64,000 nt of DNA, taken from contig NC_043003.1 of NCBI RefSeq assembly GCF_006345805.1, forward strand, positions 33,914,001 through 33,978,000, read 5' to 3'. The notes below the pieces were generated by a model that ran no database searches, was not told the origin of the DNA, and saw nothing but the letters and a program-made list of their open reading frames with translations. Source of the DNA: Octopus sinensis. Lineage: Eukaryota. Position 1 is the first letter of the stretch. The number at the start of each line of letters is the position of its first letter. Below are positions 27,001 through 39,375 of this stretch, piece by piece. Position numbers and translations under genes: made by a program.

Positions 27001-27895
27001 TTAGAAAATAATCATCATAGGACTACAAATATGCCTAATTCAGAAGCAAGGACAACAAATAAAATAGCCACAAAACACAAACAAAACAAAATACTCTTTT
27101 CCGTCTTTAAGGAAGCTGACAAATACAAAATAATAATACCTAACAACTACGAAAAAAGAAGAAACAGCAAAAGCGGTAATACAACTGAAATCCAATCTAT
27201 GGAACAGCCAGGGGTCATGATGAAATGATAGCAAAAAAAGCCCCTTCATGGCTAATATTAGTCTAAGATAAACAGGAAAGAAATAGACAAAACAAAATCC
27301 CAACAATGGCTGAGAAGCTCAGGACTCAAAGCAGAGACTGAAAGTTTTTTTTAATTTCAGCACAAGCGCAAAGCCTTCCCACCAGAAATCACCAAAAACA
27401 TGTAATGAAAAGAAAGCAACAAGTAACTGCAGAATATGTGGTGATGGAGAAGAAACAATAGATCATATTGTCTCTAGCTGCTAAGTCCTGGCTAAGAAGG
27501 ACTTGAGATCTATATACACTAGAAGCTATGCCAACACTATGGAATAACAACAAGAAAAAAATGATATAGGCACTTGTCAGAAAAGGTCACAGAAAATGAG
27601 AAAGCAACCATACTATGGGATATGCCAATACACACAGACAGAGAAATGAAGGCCAATAGTCCGGATATATTTGTTAGAGATCACCATGAGAAAAATGCGT
27701 TCTTCTCGATATGTCAATATCAACAGATGACAGTGTTTCTCTAAATCGGTTTTACTTGGAATTTCGCGCATGGTGCTTAAGTTACTGTTTGCCTGAGAAG
27801 TTTTGTTGTGACTTGGCAGACACTACAAACCTCCGGTAGACACAATATTTTCAATGAACAACATCACGATACTGGATACCGTGTGAAGTCTTAAA
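24088..27895 (+). mobile_element. R4/Dong-clade RLE-type LINE, degenerate single ORF, followed by (AAC)n(AAT)n
   Basis: KWTRGEY..NPNKLASIQRYILK; GKTILIPK..NYRPITYLPT..DYRKAFDS; RRLFQGDTLSPLL..LLYMDDL; CRICGDGEETIDHIVSSC (CCHC); ILWDMPIHTDREMKANSPDI (PD-(D/E)xK-type RLE). Confidence 0.9.
26118..26504 (+). mobile_element. Non-autonomous Helitron (387 bp) inserted in the LINE RT
   Basis: Starts TC, ends CTAG, GC hairpin CCTGAGCAACGCCGGG at 26477-26492, sits between A and T with no TSD; second copy at 34046-34427. Confidence 0.9.
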
Positions 27896-27960
27896 TAACA
27901 ACAACAACAACAGCAACAACAACAATAATAATGATAATAATAATAATAATAATAATAATA

Positions 27961-27995
<35 letters not shown>

Positions 27996-28155
27996 GTAAT
28001 AATAATAATAATAATAATAAGAGAAGAAGAAGAAGAAGAAGAAGAAGAAGAAGAAGAAGAAGAAGAAGAAGAAGAAGAAGAAGAAGATGAGGAATAACAA
28101 CAACACCAATAATAATTATTATAATAATAATACCAATAATAATAATAATAATTTT
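27896..28155. repeat. Compound (AAC)(AAT)(AAG)(AAT) microsatellite
   Basis: Direct reading. Confidence 0.97.
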
Positions 28156-28289
28156 AATAGACAAGACAAAGAGCGCGATGCGATTGCAATATATATTTTA
28201 TTGGTTGGACAATATTTCGACAGCTTGCTTGTCTTTGTCGAGTTCAAAAAAAAATGTGATAAAAATTCAAAATTATAGAAATTCAAATC

Positions 28290-29762
28290 TAAATTATGAA
28301 CGATACCAACCAGCGTCTAGACTTCGATGGAGTGCCATCATCAGTCTTTAAGTTTCAATTTTATAACCGGCGTACAGAAAAGGAGAGAGAAGTGAACGAA
28401 AAGAGAAAGGGAAAAAGGATATTTAATCAAACAGTTTTGTATAAATTTGATGATATTCACTGTCATTTTATTAATTCCTCCAGGGCGTGCTGTTATTAAC
28501 CTGCAAACATATTTCTCCTCATGCATTTTGAGTATTGAAAGTGAAGCAGGTTCAGAATATTTTCTGAGAATATGCACTTTCAAGTCTTTTTCGTGCAGCC
28601 CTTTGAAGCAAAATGTTCGGTAAGTTCTGTCGAACTGCTTTTATTGTGCCTGACATCTTATCTGTGCCCAATAAATCTTTTGTTTAATTGTTCTGTTGTA
28701 CAACCAGCATAAATCAAGATGTGTTTCATGCATTCTACCGCGTACTCCAAATGTAAATATCTACAAGGCCCGCCTTCTGTATAAATCATAACAATTCTCA
28801 TAGGATTCCTAATAGAATCACTTGACTCATGTTGTTGCACAATGAACGGGGCTTACCTCTCTTGCGGCAGTTTTTCAAGGTACAATGGGAAGATACTCCA
28901 ATGAATGTTTTCTTGGAGTCAGAAATAAGACAATAGTTCTGAAATGAAAATATGATTTGCGTCTGCGCAGAGGTTTGAAAAGTTAGGATATACAAACAGT
29001 TAGATCTACATGTGCTTCTAACAGTCTGTGCGTCTAGGATTACGAAGGTTTCCCACTGAAGAACCTGGCCTGGCAAATATATTCTGTGTATTTGCTAAAA
29101 ATAGGTAGAAACCGTTCGGTCTGGGATATATGGCTGAGATGGTATATGTTTTTAATTTTCATTCCTTTCATGAATTTATCCCTTTTTGTGTTTCTAGCAC
29201 TACGCTTCCTTATTTGGAAGCCTTTTTTTATATTTCTATAGGAAAAATATATAGTCTAATGACTAATTTCTCTTTTGTGTTAGGCCACTGGTAATAATAA
29301 TTTATTTTATTACCCTATTTGATTATGTTTAAATATTGCTTGATACATTTGTTCGTAAATTTTTACCGGCATCCTCCCTGTTTCGCCGGGTATGATTTGC
29401 GTCTGCGCAGAGGTTTGAAAAGTTAGGATATACAAACCGTTAGATCTACATGTGCTACTAACAGTCTGTGCGTCTAGGATTACGAAGGCTTCCCACTGAA
29501 GAACCTGGCCTGGCAAATATATTCTGTGTGTTTGCTAAAAATAGGTAGAAACCGTTCGGTCTGGGATATAGCTGAGATGGTAAATGTTTTTAACTTTCAT
29601 TCCTTTCATGAATTTATCCCTTTTTATGTTTCTAGCACTACGCTTCCTTATTTGGAAGCCTTTTTTTATATTTCTGTACGAAAAATATAGTCTAATGACT
29701 AATTCGTCTTTTGTGCTAGGCCACTGGTAATAATAATTTATTTTATTACCCTATTTGATTAT
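28290..29762 (-). mobile_element. Penelope-like element 3' remnant (GIY-YIG endonuclease + 3'UTR)
   Basis: Stitched frames read VYAVECMKHILIYAGCTTEQLNKRFIGHR*DVRH..LTEHF..GC..DLKVHIL..EEKYVCRL.TARPGGIN; the tail has CTGATGATGG..CGAA. Confidence 0.8.
28951..29762. repeat. Tandem duplication, ~375-bp units (28951-29326, 29391-29762), period 440
   Basis: Both units start tatgatttgcgtctgcgcagagg and end ccctatttgattat; highly similar by eye. Confidence 0.95.
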
Positions 29763-29814
29763 ATTTTTATATAAATATATATATACACATACACACCCGC
29801 ACATACAAAAATAC

Positions 29815-29847
<33 letters not shown>

Positions 29848-30476
29848 AACACACACACAAAAATATATTTGTGAAATGTATATTTATTAAATATATGAAA
29901 CCAGCTGATTCTTGAATTTACATGTATATAATAGGTACATACAGTTTAAATAAAAGAAATATTCCTGCGAGAAAAACCTTCAAAGAAACCTTAATACTGG
30001 TTTGTTCTTATTCTATGAATTCCTGCCAGAAATCTCATTATTAAATCCTGAAGTTAGCAAACATTAATACATCGGCTAATTTCATACAGAATATTCAAAA
30101 GATCTAATTGGTTTATAATTGGGCACTGTTTCCGAAACAGCTTTCTTCTGCAATATTTCAGTAATTGTCCTGCGTATCTCTGAAAATCTCTTGGATTAAG
30201 AACAGGAGAAGTCTGTGGTGTTGTATTTTTAACCGCTTTATAGAAGCATTTCGATATACATGCTAGTTATAAATAAGTAAACAGAATATGAAGAAATATA
30301 CAACACAAAGAAAATATTGGTAACGGTGAAGCAATTTCGGATATATTCATCAAAATTTCTAGTTTGGCGACTGAGAGTAGGTAACAAGGTGCCTGAATGC
30401 ATATGTGCAAACACGTGTAAGTGAGAATGCACACACAACTTTATATGTGTATGTATATATATAGATATATGAATAC

Positions 30477-30567
<91 letters not shown>

Positions 30568-30946
30568 AATATATATATACATGTATGTGTGTAAGTATGT
30601 GTTTAAAGAGATAGATTTATATGTATTTTTCGTGTATATATTCCATTAACTATTTACCTATACCGAATATACATACTTGGGTGACAGTGTACGTATGGAT
30701 TTATGAGCGAATATATTTATGCTTAGATGTATGAATGCATATGCATATGTATATACCCATGCAAACTGAAGCAGGTATTAACATAATTGAATGCGTACAT
30801 TACTAAGGCATGTGTGGGTATATATATATATATATATATATATATAAGTATATATATGTATGTATGTGTGTGTGTGCGTGTACATGCTTACATATATACT
30901 GAAATTTTTATGCTACGCAATCGTTACTCTCACGTGTTCTCTTCCA

Positions 30947-30988
<42 letters not shown>

Positions 30989-31643
30989 GGGGAGGGGTGT
31001 ATGTGTGTGTATACATGCTTGCATATATATTGATAATTTTATACTACGCAATCGTTACTCTCACGTGTTCTCTTCCAGTACGCTTATAACCGCGTCTGAT
31101 GTTTGCCAGGTGTCAGATTATGAACTGAGTGTAGGCGTTTGAAGAGGATATATTCAAGTCTTAGCGTGTATGTTGTAGTGAGTACTGCATCGCAAAAACT
31201 GAACTTCTTATGAATTCGAATCACTTCAAGTGAAGCGCGTGCGCGCGCGCGTGTGTGTGTGTGTGTGTAAAGATAGAAATTAAAGAAGGTTGTTGTGTAA
31301 GTTCGGAATAATATGAGAAGGTACAAAGAAAACTAACAAAGGGAAGGAAATAGAACAAACAAACAGTTTTACCTCATATTTCTATATTTCGGTATGAAGA
31401 TATCATCCTCAGGACATGTATAAAAAGCAGTTGGTGGAAAAGTCGTCGCTCAGATGAGTGGGGAGATGATGAGAGAGGTCACAAACACATATGCAATATG
31501 TAAAACTACAAAATCACAGTGGTGCTCCAACATGACAGTAATACATGACTGAAACGAATAATAGAATAAAAGTATACACGTGCGCACGTATGTGTGCGTT
31601 AGTTTATTTACACGTGTATGTGCATGTATAATTATTGATATAT

Positions 31644-31873
31644 GTGTCGAGCTGGCAGAAACGTTAGCGCGCCGGGCGAAATGCTTAGCGGTATTTCGTC
31701 TGCCGTTACGTTCTGAGTTCAAATTCCGCCGAGGTCGACTTTGCCTTTCATCCTTTCGGGGTCGATTAAATAAGTACAGTTACGCACTGGGGTCGATATG
31801 ATCGACTTAATCCGTTTGTCTGTCCTTGTTTGTCCTCTCTGTGTTTAGCCCCTTGTGGGTAGTAAAGAAATAG
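31644..31873 (+). mobile_element. Full-length tRNA-derived SINE family A
   Basis: Head with A/B-box-like motifs, body and tail matching 10459-10693. Confidence 0.93.
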
Positions 31874-32139
31874 ATATATGTGTCTTTGTCTTTTGATCCG
31901 GTGATATATACACATCCAAAATATGAATAAGTATGTTTATTTGTCTTTTGAGTTATCTGCTTGCTCCAAAGCATATTCTCAAACAAATGTAAGCTCATAT
32001 TTAATTTGTATATATCTGTATTAATGGACGCGCTTTTAGTAAGTTACTTATAAAATATTCACAGACGTGATATCCATATATAGCTGAACTATACAAAACA
32101 CACATTCTTTGCATTGTCACTGTCTTTTTGCTTTCTTTC

Positions 32140-32660
<521 letters not shown>

Positions 32661-32864
32661 TCAATCACCACTATCTTGAACAATCAAGTTTTCTGTTCTA
32701 TTTGTATACATTTTACTTTAATACCTCTTTTACTTTCCCTCTATTTTCTTTTATTTTACTTTCTATCCATGTCATTCTCTTTCTCTCTGTTTCCTTTCCA
32801 ACATATTTATAAAACCTCTTGCAATCTGTTCAACCTAAAGCATTCGTTTTGTGTAACATAACAG

Positions 32865-33080
32865 TTTCGTGTTTTGGTATAAGGCCAGCAATTTCAGGGT
32901 GGTGGTTAAGCTGATTACAATAGCCCTAGTGACCAACTGATACTTATTATATTGATTCCCCCGTACGGATGAGAGGCAAAATCAACCTCCGCTGAATTTG
33001 AACTTAGAATCGAAAAAACAGACGAAATGCCACTAAGCATTTTGGTCAGTGTGCTAATGATCCTGCCAGCCTGCCGCCCA
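32865..33080 (-). mobile_element. SINE family A, degenerate
   Basis: aggccagcaatttc..ggcaaaatcaacctc..aatttgaact..gacgaaatgcc-ctaagcattt..ctgccagc..cgcc. Confidence 0.8.
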
Positions 33081-33396
33081 TGATCTGGGTATAATAATGA
33101 AATAAAGCGTCCCTTTGGTGATGAGTTGTTTTTCTGAATCCAAATGCGCTTGAAACATAAAATATAGAGAATGCAATTATCAACATAATGTAGGGAACAC
33201 ATGTAGGGAACAAATTATCAATGCACCTACATTTGCACTGCACACCATAATCAGTATTATTCCTAAGCACGATAGTCACCAAACTACCGTTTTGGAAGTA
33301 AATTCCATGGTGGAACACTTCGTAGAGCTCTAAATTCAGCAGTAATAGTCGCACATTTAACAGTACACAAACGATATTCTGTGCATAGTTATATAT

Positions 33397-33439
<43 letters not shown>

Positions 33440-33517
33440 TATATATATTATATATATATATATATATATAGAACGGAGTGAGAGTGTGTGAGAGAGAGAT
33501 ATATATAAATACATACA

Positions 33518-33555
<38 letters not shown>

Positions 33556-33632
33556 AATATAAATATAAATATATATATATTATTTATATATATATATATA
33601 TATATTATTTATATATATTATATGTACTTTTA

Positions 33633-33823
33633 TAAAAGCAGCAGATATATAACACAAGCTGTTACTCAGAGTTTCACGTTCCTGTCCGACGAACGGGAAC
33701 GTGAAACTCTGAGTAACAGCTTTTGTTATATTTCTGCTGCTTTTAAATAAAGCATATTACTCTCCCTATGGTATTTGAGTACTCTTTTCTTCCACCTTGT
33801 TTCACACTTAAGTGCTTACTCTG

Positions 33824-33826
<3 letters not shown>
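33633..33826. mobile_element. Small foldback element with a variant minimal hammerhead-like motif (33682-33719, plus)
   Basis: 50-bp arms 33633-33682 and 33696-33745 (2 mismatches). Motif CTGT-CCGACGA-ACG-GGAA-CGT-GAAA-CTC-T-GAG-TA-ACAG. Flanked by (TA)n; older relative at 61483-61579. Confidence 0.8.
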
Positions 33827-33887
<61 letters not shown>

Positions 33888-34045
33888 TTATACACTCACA
33901 CACATATATAAAGTCCACATATAAATGCATACATGCATTTATATATACGTGTATATATATCTATATCTATATCTCTCTATATATATGCATACGTACACAC
34001 ACACACACACATACACACACACAGACGTATATATATATATATATA

Positions 34046-34424
34046 CTAGCAGTATCGCCCGGCGTTGCTCGGGTTTGTAAGGGATATAACTATAAAGCAT
34101 TTTTAGAGAGTTATAGCCAAAAAATAGCAAAAAAATGGGGGAAAAAATGATGGTAAACTTTTTTTTGATAGTTAAAAAGGTCGAGTTGCGTCCCCTAGAC
34201 CATCTGTGGTTTGTGTTTCTGAATCTCGACCCCATGTCGAATTTATCGATCTTTTTCAGAACTGGGGGAACTTTTCAAAATTTTCGCTGCGTTAGTTTTG
34301 AATTATGACATTGGGCTATGTGTGTGTCAAGTTTCATCAGAATCGGTTGAAAGCCGTGGTCAGGGTGAGGGTACAACCTGACAGACACACAGACACGGAC
34401 ACAGTCAAACTGCCGTTTATATAT

Positions 34425-34427
<3 letters not shown>
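34046..34427 (-). mobile_element. Non-autonomous Helitron, second copy, in (TA)n
   Basis: Minus strand TC...CCCGAGCAACGCCGGG-CGATACTG-CTAG, A|T junctions. Confidence 0.9.
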
Positions 34428-34488
<61 letters not shown>

Positions 34489-34504
34489 CTAATGATATCA
34501 TGCA

Positions 34505-36273
34505 TGTCTGAAAGATGGTGCTGTTCAACAAAGATCCGACGTGGGTCAAGCAAACTGACCCCGAAGCCTCTATATATGTGGTTATGACAGCGCCGATGTC
34601 TGCGATCTTATCGGACTGTACATCCTGGACATCTTAAGGAAGAGTTTCCCTTCGGTCCTCTACTGTCTCTACAGAGATGATGCCATAGCCATCTCTAGAG
34701 GAGCCAACGGACACACACTAGATAAGACTTAGGGTTAGTTTTAGCCCTAGGCTCAATGGGACTCAGGATCATCATTGAGACTAACCTCACCATAGTAGAT
34801 TTCCTAGATTGTACTTTAAATCTGTGCCATGGTACATATAGGCCCAAACGAGTAACTGTCCTATATTAACACAGCCTCATGCCACCCCCTATACTGTAAG
34901 CAAGAGGATCTCGTATTTATACTCTAGCCAAGATATCTTCTACGCCTCTGCCCCCTACTACAACGAGGCACTTCTATCGAGTGTGTTTAAGGACCGCATC
35001 TCCTACATGCCAGACCCTAGAATTCAGAAAACGAAACGCCGCAGAAACGTCCTTTGATTTGCTCCACCCTTTTCACTCAACGTAAAGACTTATGTGGGAA
35101 GGACTTTCCACACATTAATAGATAAAAAAATTCACACTGACATAGATGCAAGCATTTATTTAACAGGCACACCCTAAGAATCTCCTTTAGTTGTGTACCT
35201 AACATAAAAAAGTATTTTAACAAACACCCACTAGATAAGGGAGAAGACAGATTACTCTTGCAGGGTATAAAATAACTGTCTAGCATGAGGCCAATGCGAG
35301 ACCGAAGGAGTCATCCATGAACCTACGGTGGGACCGAGACCTGCCATGCGCATTACCAGTAATGTACCATCCAACAACATTGATGCAGCAGAATAACCAG
35401 CTCTAACGCCATCGACACTAGTACAAACGCCACAGCCAAATATGATTAACAGCCCGGGACCAGTGACACGGAGGAGGTAACCTAGTAACATCGATGACCC
35501 ACAGTGCCACAAACGATAATGAAACCATTATCATCAACACAGATGGAGTGACCGGCCCTGCACCATATGTTACCGCCAGGCTCACCCAAACACCTACCGG
35601 CAGCATCAATGCAAACTATATGACCAGAGGAGAAAACAACTGCGACAACAACTGCGTAGACGGAAGACGTACCAACAACATCCCCAGGACCGGAGCCTAC
35701 CAGAGATACACGAGGAATGCGAATAAAGCTACCACCTGAGCTTGTAAATATATCGAGTCACCCATCACCTCTTTCAAACCACACTACCTCAACCACCACC
35801 AGCCATTCTTCACAGCCCCAGAAAGACATTGTATCAAGGGACTCCATATAATAGCAAGTGGATGATCATAGAACATCCAGGTCCATATGTTAACTGGAGT
35901 GGCCGTTGCAAAATCTGCATCGCAGAGAGAACCAAAATTCTTAAGAATTATGCTAAGTCTGGCGCGTTAAATAATCATAAAGAAATTTTCTCAAAATGTG
36001 TTCATTTCAAACGCTGCCTACTGGAAGGATTGGATCTCCCCGTTTTATTATAGCTTTATTTTATCCCCTGGTCCAAGGGAGATAACTTGTTCTCAATAAA
36101 ATCTTATAGGTCAGACATTGAGCCTCGTTATCCTAGCGTTTCCCCACGTCCACAAGGGAAAAAGTTGAATTTGTTTTTTGTATAGAGCCTGATGAGTTGC
36201 CCGCAAGGGTGTAGGTTTCGTGGAGACGAAACCATTGGCCACTCTATGGCCAGAATTTAACCTTTTGTTTTAC
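34505..36273 (+). mobile_element. 5'-truncated Penelope-like element (YRDD-type RT + C-terminal GIY-YIG; possibly Nematis clade), degenerate
   Basis: GYDSADVCDLIGLYIL..LYRDDA..ETNLTIVDFLDCTLNL..SCHPP; WFAPPFSLNVKT; KYI..FK..NH; RCKICIAERTKIL..NNHKEIFSKCVHF. (TA)n on both sides. Confidence 0.85.
36181..36248 (+). ncRNA. Degenerate type-I hammerhead ribozyme motif in the PLE 3'UTR
   Basis: TATAGAGC-CTGATGAG-[stem II with GCAA hairpin]-CGAAA-CCA-T-TGG-CC-ACTCTATG; cleavage triplet reads GCC rather than GUC. Confidence 0.6.
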
Positions 36274-36305
<32 letters not shown>

Positions 36306-37379
36306 GTTGAAATTTATAGAAAACAAAAAGAAGTATTCAAATAATTAAAAGTAAAAGAGAATATGCACAAACGCATAAATACATATACACGCAAATGTAC
36401 TTTCAGCTGGTGTTATCTAAATTCCAACGAAAGAAACTTGGTTCTGTGTTACAAACCAGCTCTTCCTACATCGGTGAGAAATTTGAGTAATTAACCCTGA
36501 GCAACATACATACTGACATATATTAAGAACAATTTATATTTTATTACAGTTGCACTTTAGCTATAAGATTCATTCTACAAGACTTAGTGTAGGTGAGAGA
36601 GAGAGGGTGTATTTTGAAGCTCTTATCATTTTTCATTCATTGTTTATTGTTGTTGTTTTCGTTATGATTATTGTTGTTGCTGTGTTTTTTTTTATGATTG
36701 TTTCTTATTTTTCTACTTTTACATAATTTATTCCCTTCATGAATTTGCATTTTCTTTAACTGTGTGTTCGTTTTCTAATTTTTTTTTTATATTACATTTT
36801 TTTTCTTTCTTTAAAAAAAATATATATCGACTGATATTTAATCAGCGTAACCCTGAAATATTATGAGGAAATATACAAAGCTAGCATTTCAAATCCCTAT
36901 CATCAGTAGATGCTATGAGAGAGACAACAAAAACAGCAAAAATTGATTCATTTTCGTTTGCCGAGGAAGCTAAATCCAAGATATATTTTTTCTTGCTGTT
37001 TCTTTATTTTACGTTTATAGTTTTGTTTTCCCAGGAAACGCTGCGTGTGTGAGTCAGTGTTTGTCGGTGTATGAGCGTGTGTGGGTGTGTGTCTCTTTCA
37101 GCATGTCAGTATGTTTGTGTTTTCGTGTGTGTGTGTGAGTATGCGCTTCTGTCTGTGTGTACATGTTTTAAAGAATCAATTACTCATGCTTTTCTTTACC
37201 ATAATCTTTATTCTTCGCTCACATTTTACGATTATGATTCAGGATGTGCCTACGTAATACAAACTTGTTGGTGCAAGCATATTTGTGAGTGTGTAAGTAT
37301 CAGGGCATCCCATAAGCTCTATCCGATTTTACCTTCTTATTATTAAAATTGAATGAATGAAATTTAATAGTATTTTAGA

Positions 37380-37600
37380 ATGTCTACTCTTTACTCTTTT
37401 ACTTGTTTCAATCATTTGACAGTGGCCATGCTGGAGCACCACCTTTAGTCGAGCACATCGACTCCAGGACTTATTCTTTGTAAGCCTAGTACTTACTCTA
37501 TCGGTTTTTTTTTTTGGCCGAACCGCTAAATTACGGGGACGTAAACACACCAGCATCGATTGTCAAGCGATGTTGGTGGGGGAACAAACACAGACATACA
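37380..37600 (-). mobile_element. SINE family B, 3' half
   Basis: tcttttacttgtttcaatcatttgac..ccatgctggagcacc..gccgaaccgctaaattacggggacgtaaacacacc. Confidence 0.85.
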
Positions 37601-37639
37601 AACACGCACACATACATACACACACACACCACACACACA

Positions 37640-37681
<42 letters not shown>

Positions 37682-37691
37682 ACACACACGC

Positions 37692-37736
<45 letters not shown>

Positions 37737-39318
37737 ATGAAATGTGGGGTTAGGCAATTTCAGCAAGATTTGAAACGTTTGGAAAAAGAGACTGAAAGAG
37801 TGCAATAACATTACCGCAGGATATAGAGTATCCAATGTTTCGGGCAGAATACTCTTTAAGGGTAACGATAACAGGAGGGAAATAAAAGAAAGACAGTAGT
37901 GCTTTGCATCCATTATATTCAAGAACCACCACACCTGAAACAAAAAAAAAAGAAAAGAAATAATAACAGTCGCTATTAAAATCTGACTTGCTTCATAAAT
38001 TTTGGTGAAATATTATATATGACAAATAAATTTTAACGTACTAAATGCCGTCAAAAGTAATGTCCCAGGGTGGCCTCAAGCCAATGAGCGAAATCTATAT
38101 AAGAGTAGTAGAAGGTCAATGTATATTCAATTTTTGGCGCTGTTTCACGTACGTTGATGCATTGTTCAACTGCGTAACGTTCACACAATGTGAGCCTGAA
38201 TGCTGTTGTTTAGTCTTAGGTCTAAGTGGATGCTGATCAGACCTGCTCCATCCGTGACCATCATACCCTTTTCAATGGTTATAAACTCATTGTCCATGGT
38301 GAATATTATTAAAGACGTTAAGATTTCGATTTGGAGAGATTTGGCTTGTGTATTAGATCGAGTGACTTATAAGCCCCGTCGTTGGTCCGCGATACGCCTT
38401 GGGAATTAGAAATACTCATAAGTCGCTCAATTAAGTGAAACTCCGGTTTATTATATTATTGTTATCTACTGAATCTATTTAGCCTCTCCTCTTTGTTTTG
38501 CGATGGTATAACAAATGTACTCCTTGAACCTTTTTTCAAAATCCCCACCACAAGATTCCTCCAAATTTTCAGAATAATTGTTATTTATTTCTGCATAAAA
38601 TATCTAGCAGAATATCTACGTAGTTGGCATGTCAATCAAGTCACACTTGATCCATGAAGGGAACTCAAGTTTTGATTGCACTATCTTTCTTTGATGTATG
38701 TTGTGTACAGTTAGAATTATCCTATATACGAAACCTTCCATATTTAAAACAGTCATGAGTGTAATTTAAAGAATATTTCAGTGTTGTTTCCAGTATACCA
38801 TGTGACCAATGTTTCTAGTATAAGCTTTGTAGGACCATTGTTTCTGTAGAAAGTATTAATTTATTCATATATATAAAACATTTGAATATGACTTTGTTGT
38901 ATTCGAATGAATATGCATGAATAGGAATAAGCGGTATTCAATTATATGAATGTGTAGTAAACATATTTAGGAAAAAGTAATATTCAAATTTATAAATATA
39001 TGATATTTACATGGTAATTCTGAAGTGAACATTCTATTAGTTGGAAGTTCTAACTTCAAATACATTAATAGTTCTTTCATGATCGTAGCACCGAATTATA
39101 GATCGGTAGATAGATTTAAATATTTTATTCACTCAATTATCGGTATGAGACTCCATCATTTATTATAATTTTACCTGTAGGGGCCAGATGGGCACAGAGC
39201 AGATTGTTATCATAGCGAAATGCTGCTATTGAGTTTGTAAATATTATTTTATCCCAGATCAACTTTAATCAATCAGATATATGATCAAAATATCCCGTTC
39301 CCGAATGCTACCGTTTTT

Positions 39319-39375
<57 letters not shown>

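Noticed and set aside
30881-31080. ~70-bp direct repeat separated by (TA)n
   Set aside because: Small local slippage duplication in microsatellite-rich DNA; no further structure.
36875-36915. Minus-strand CTGATGA...GAAA hammerhead-like string
   Set aside because: Stem I is essentially absent and stem II is unpaired; likely chance.
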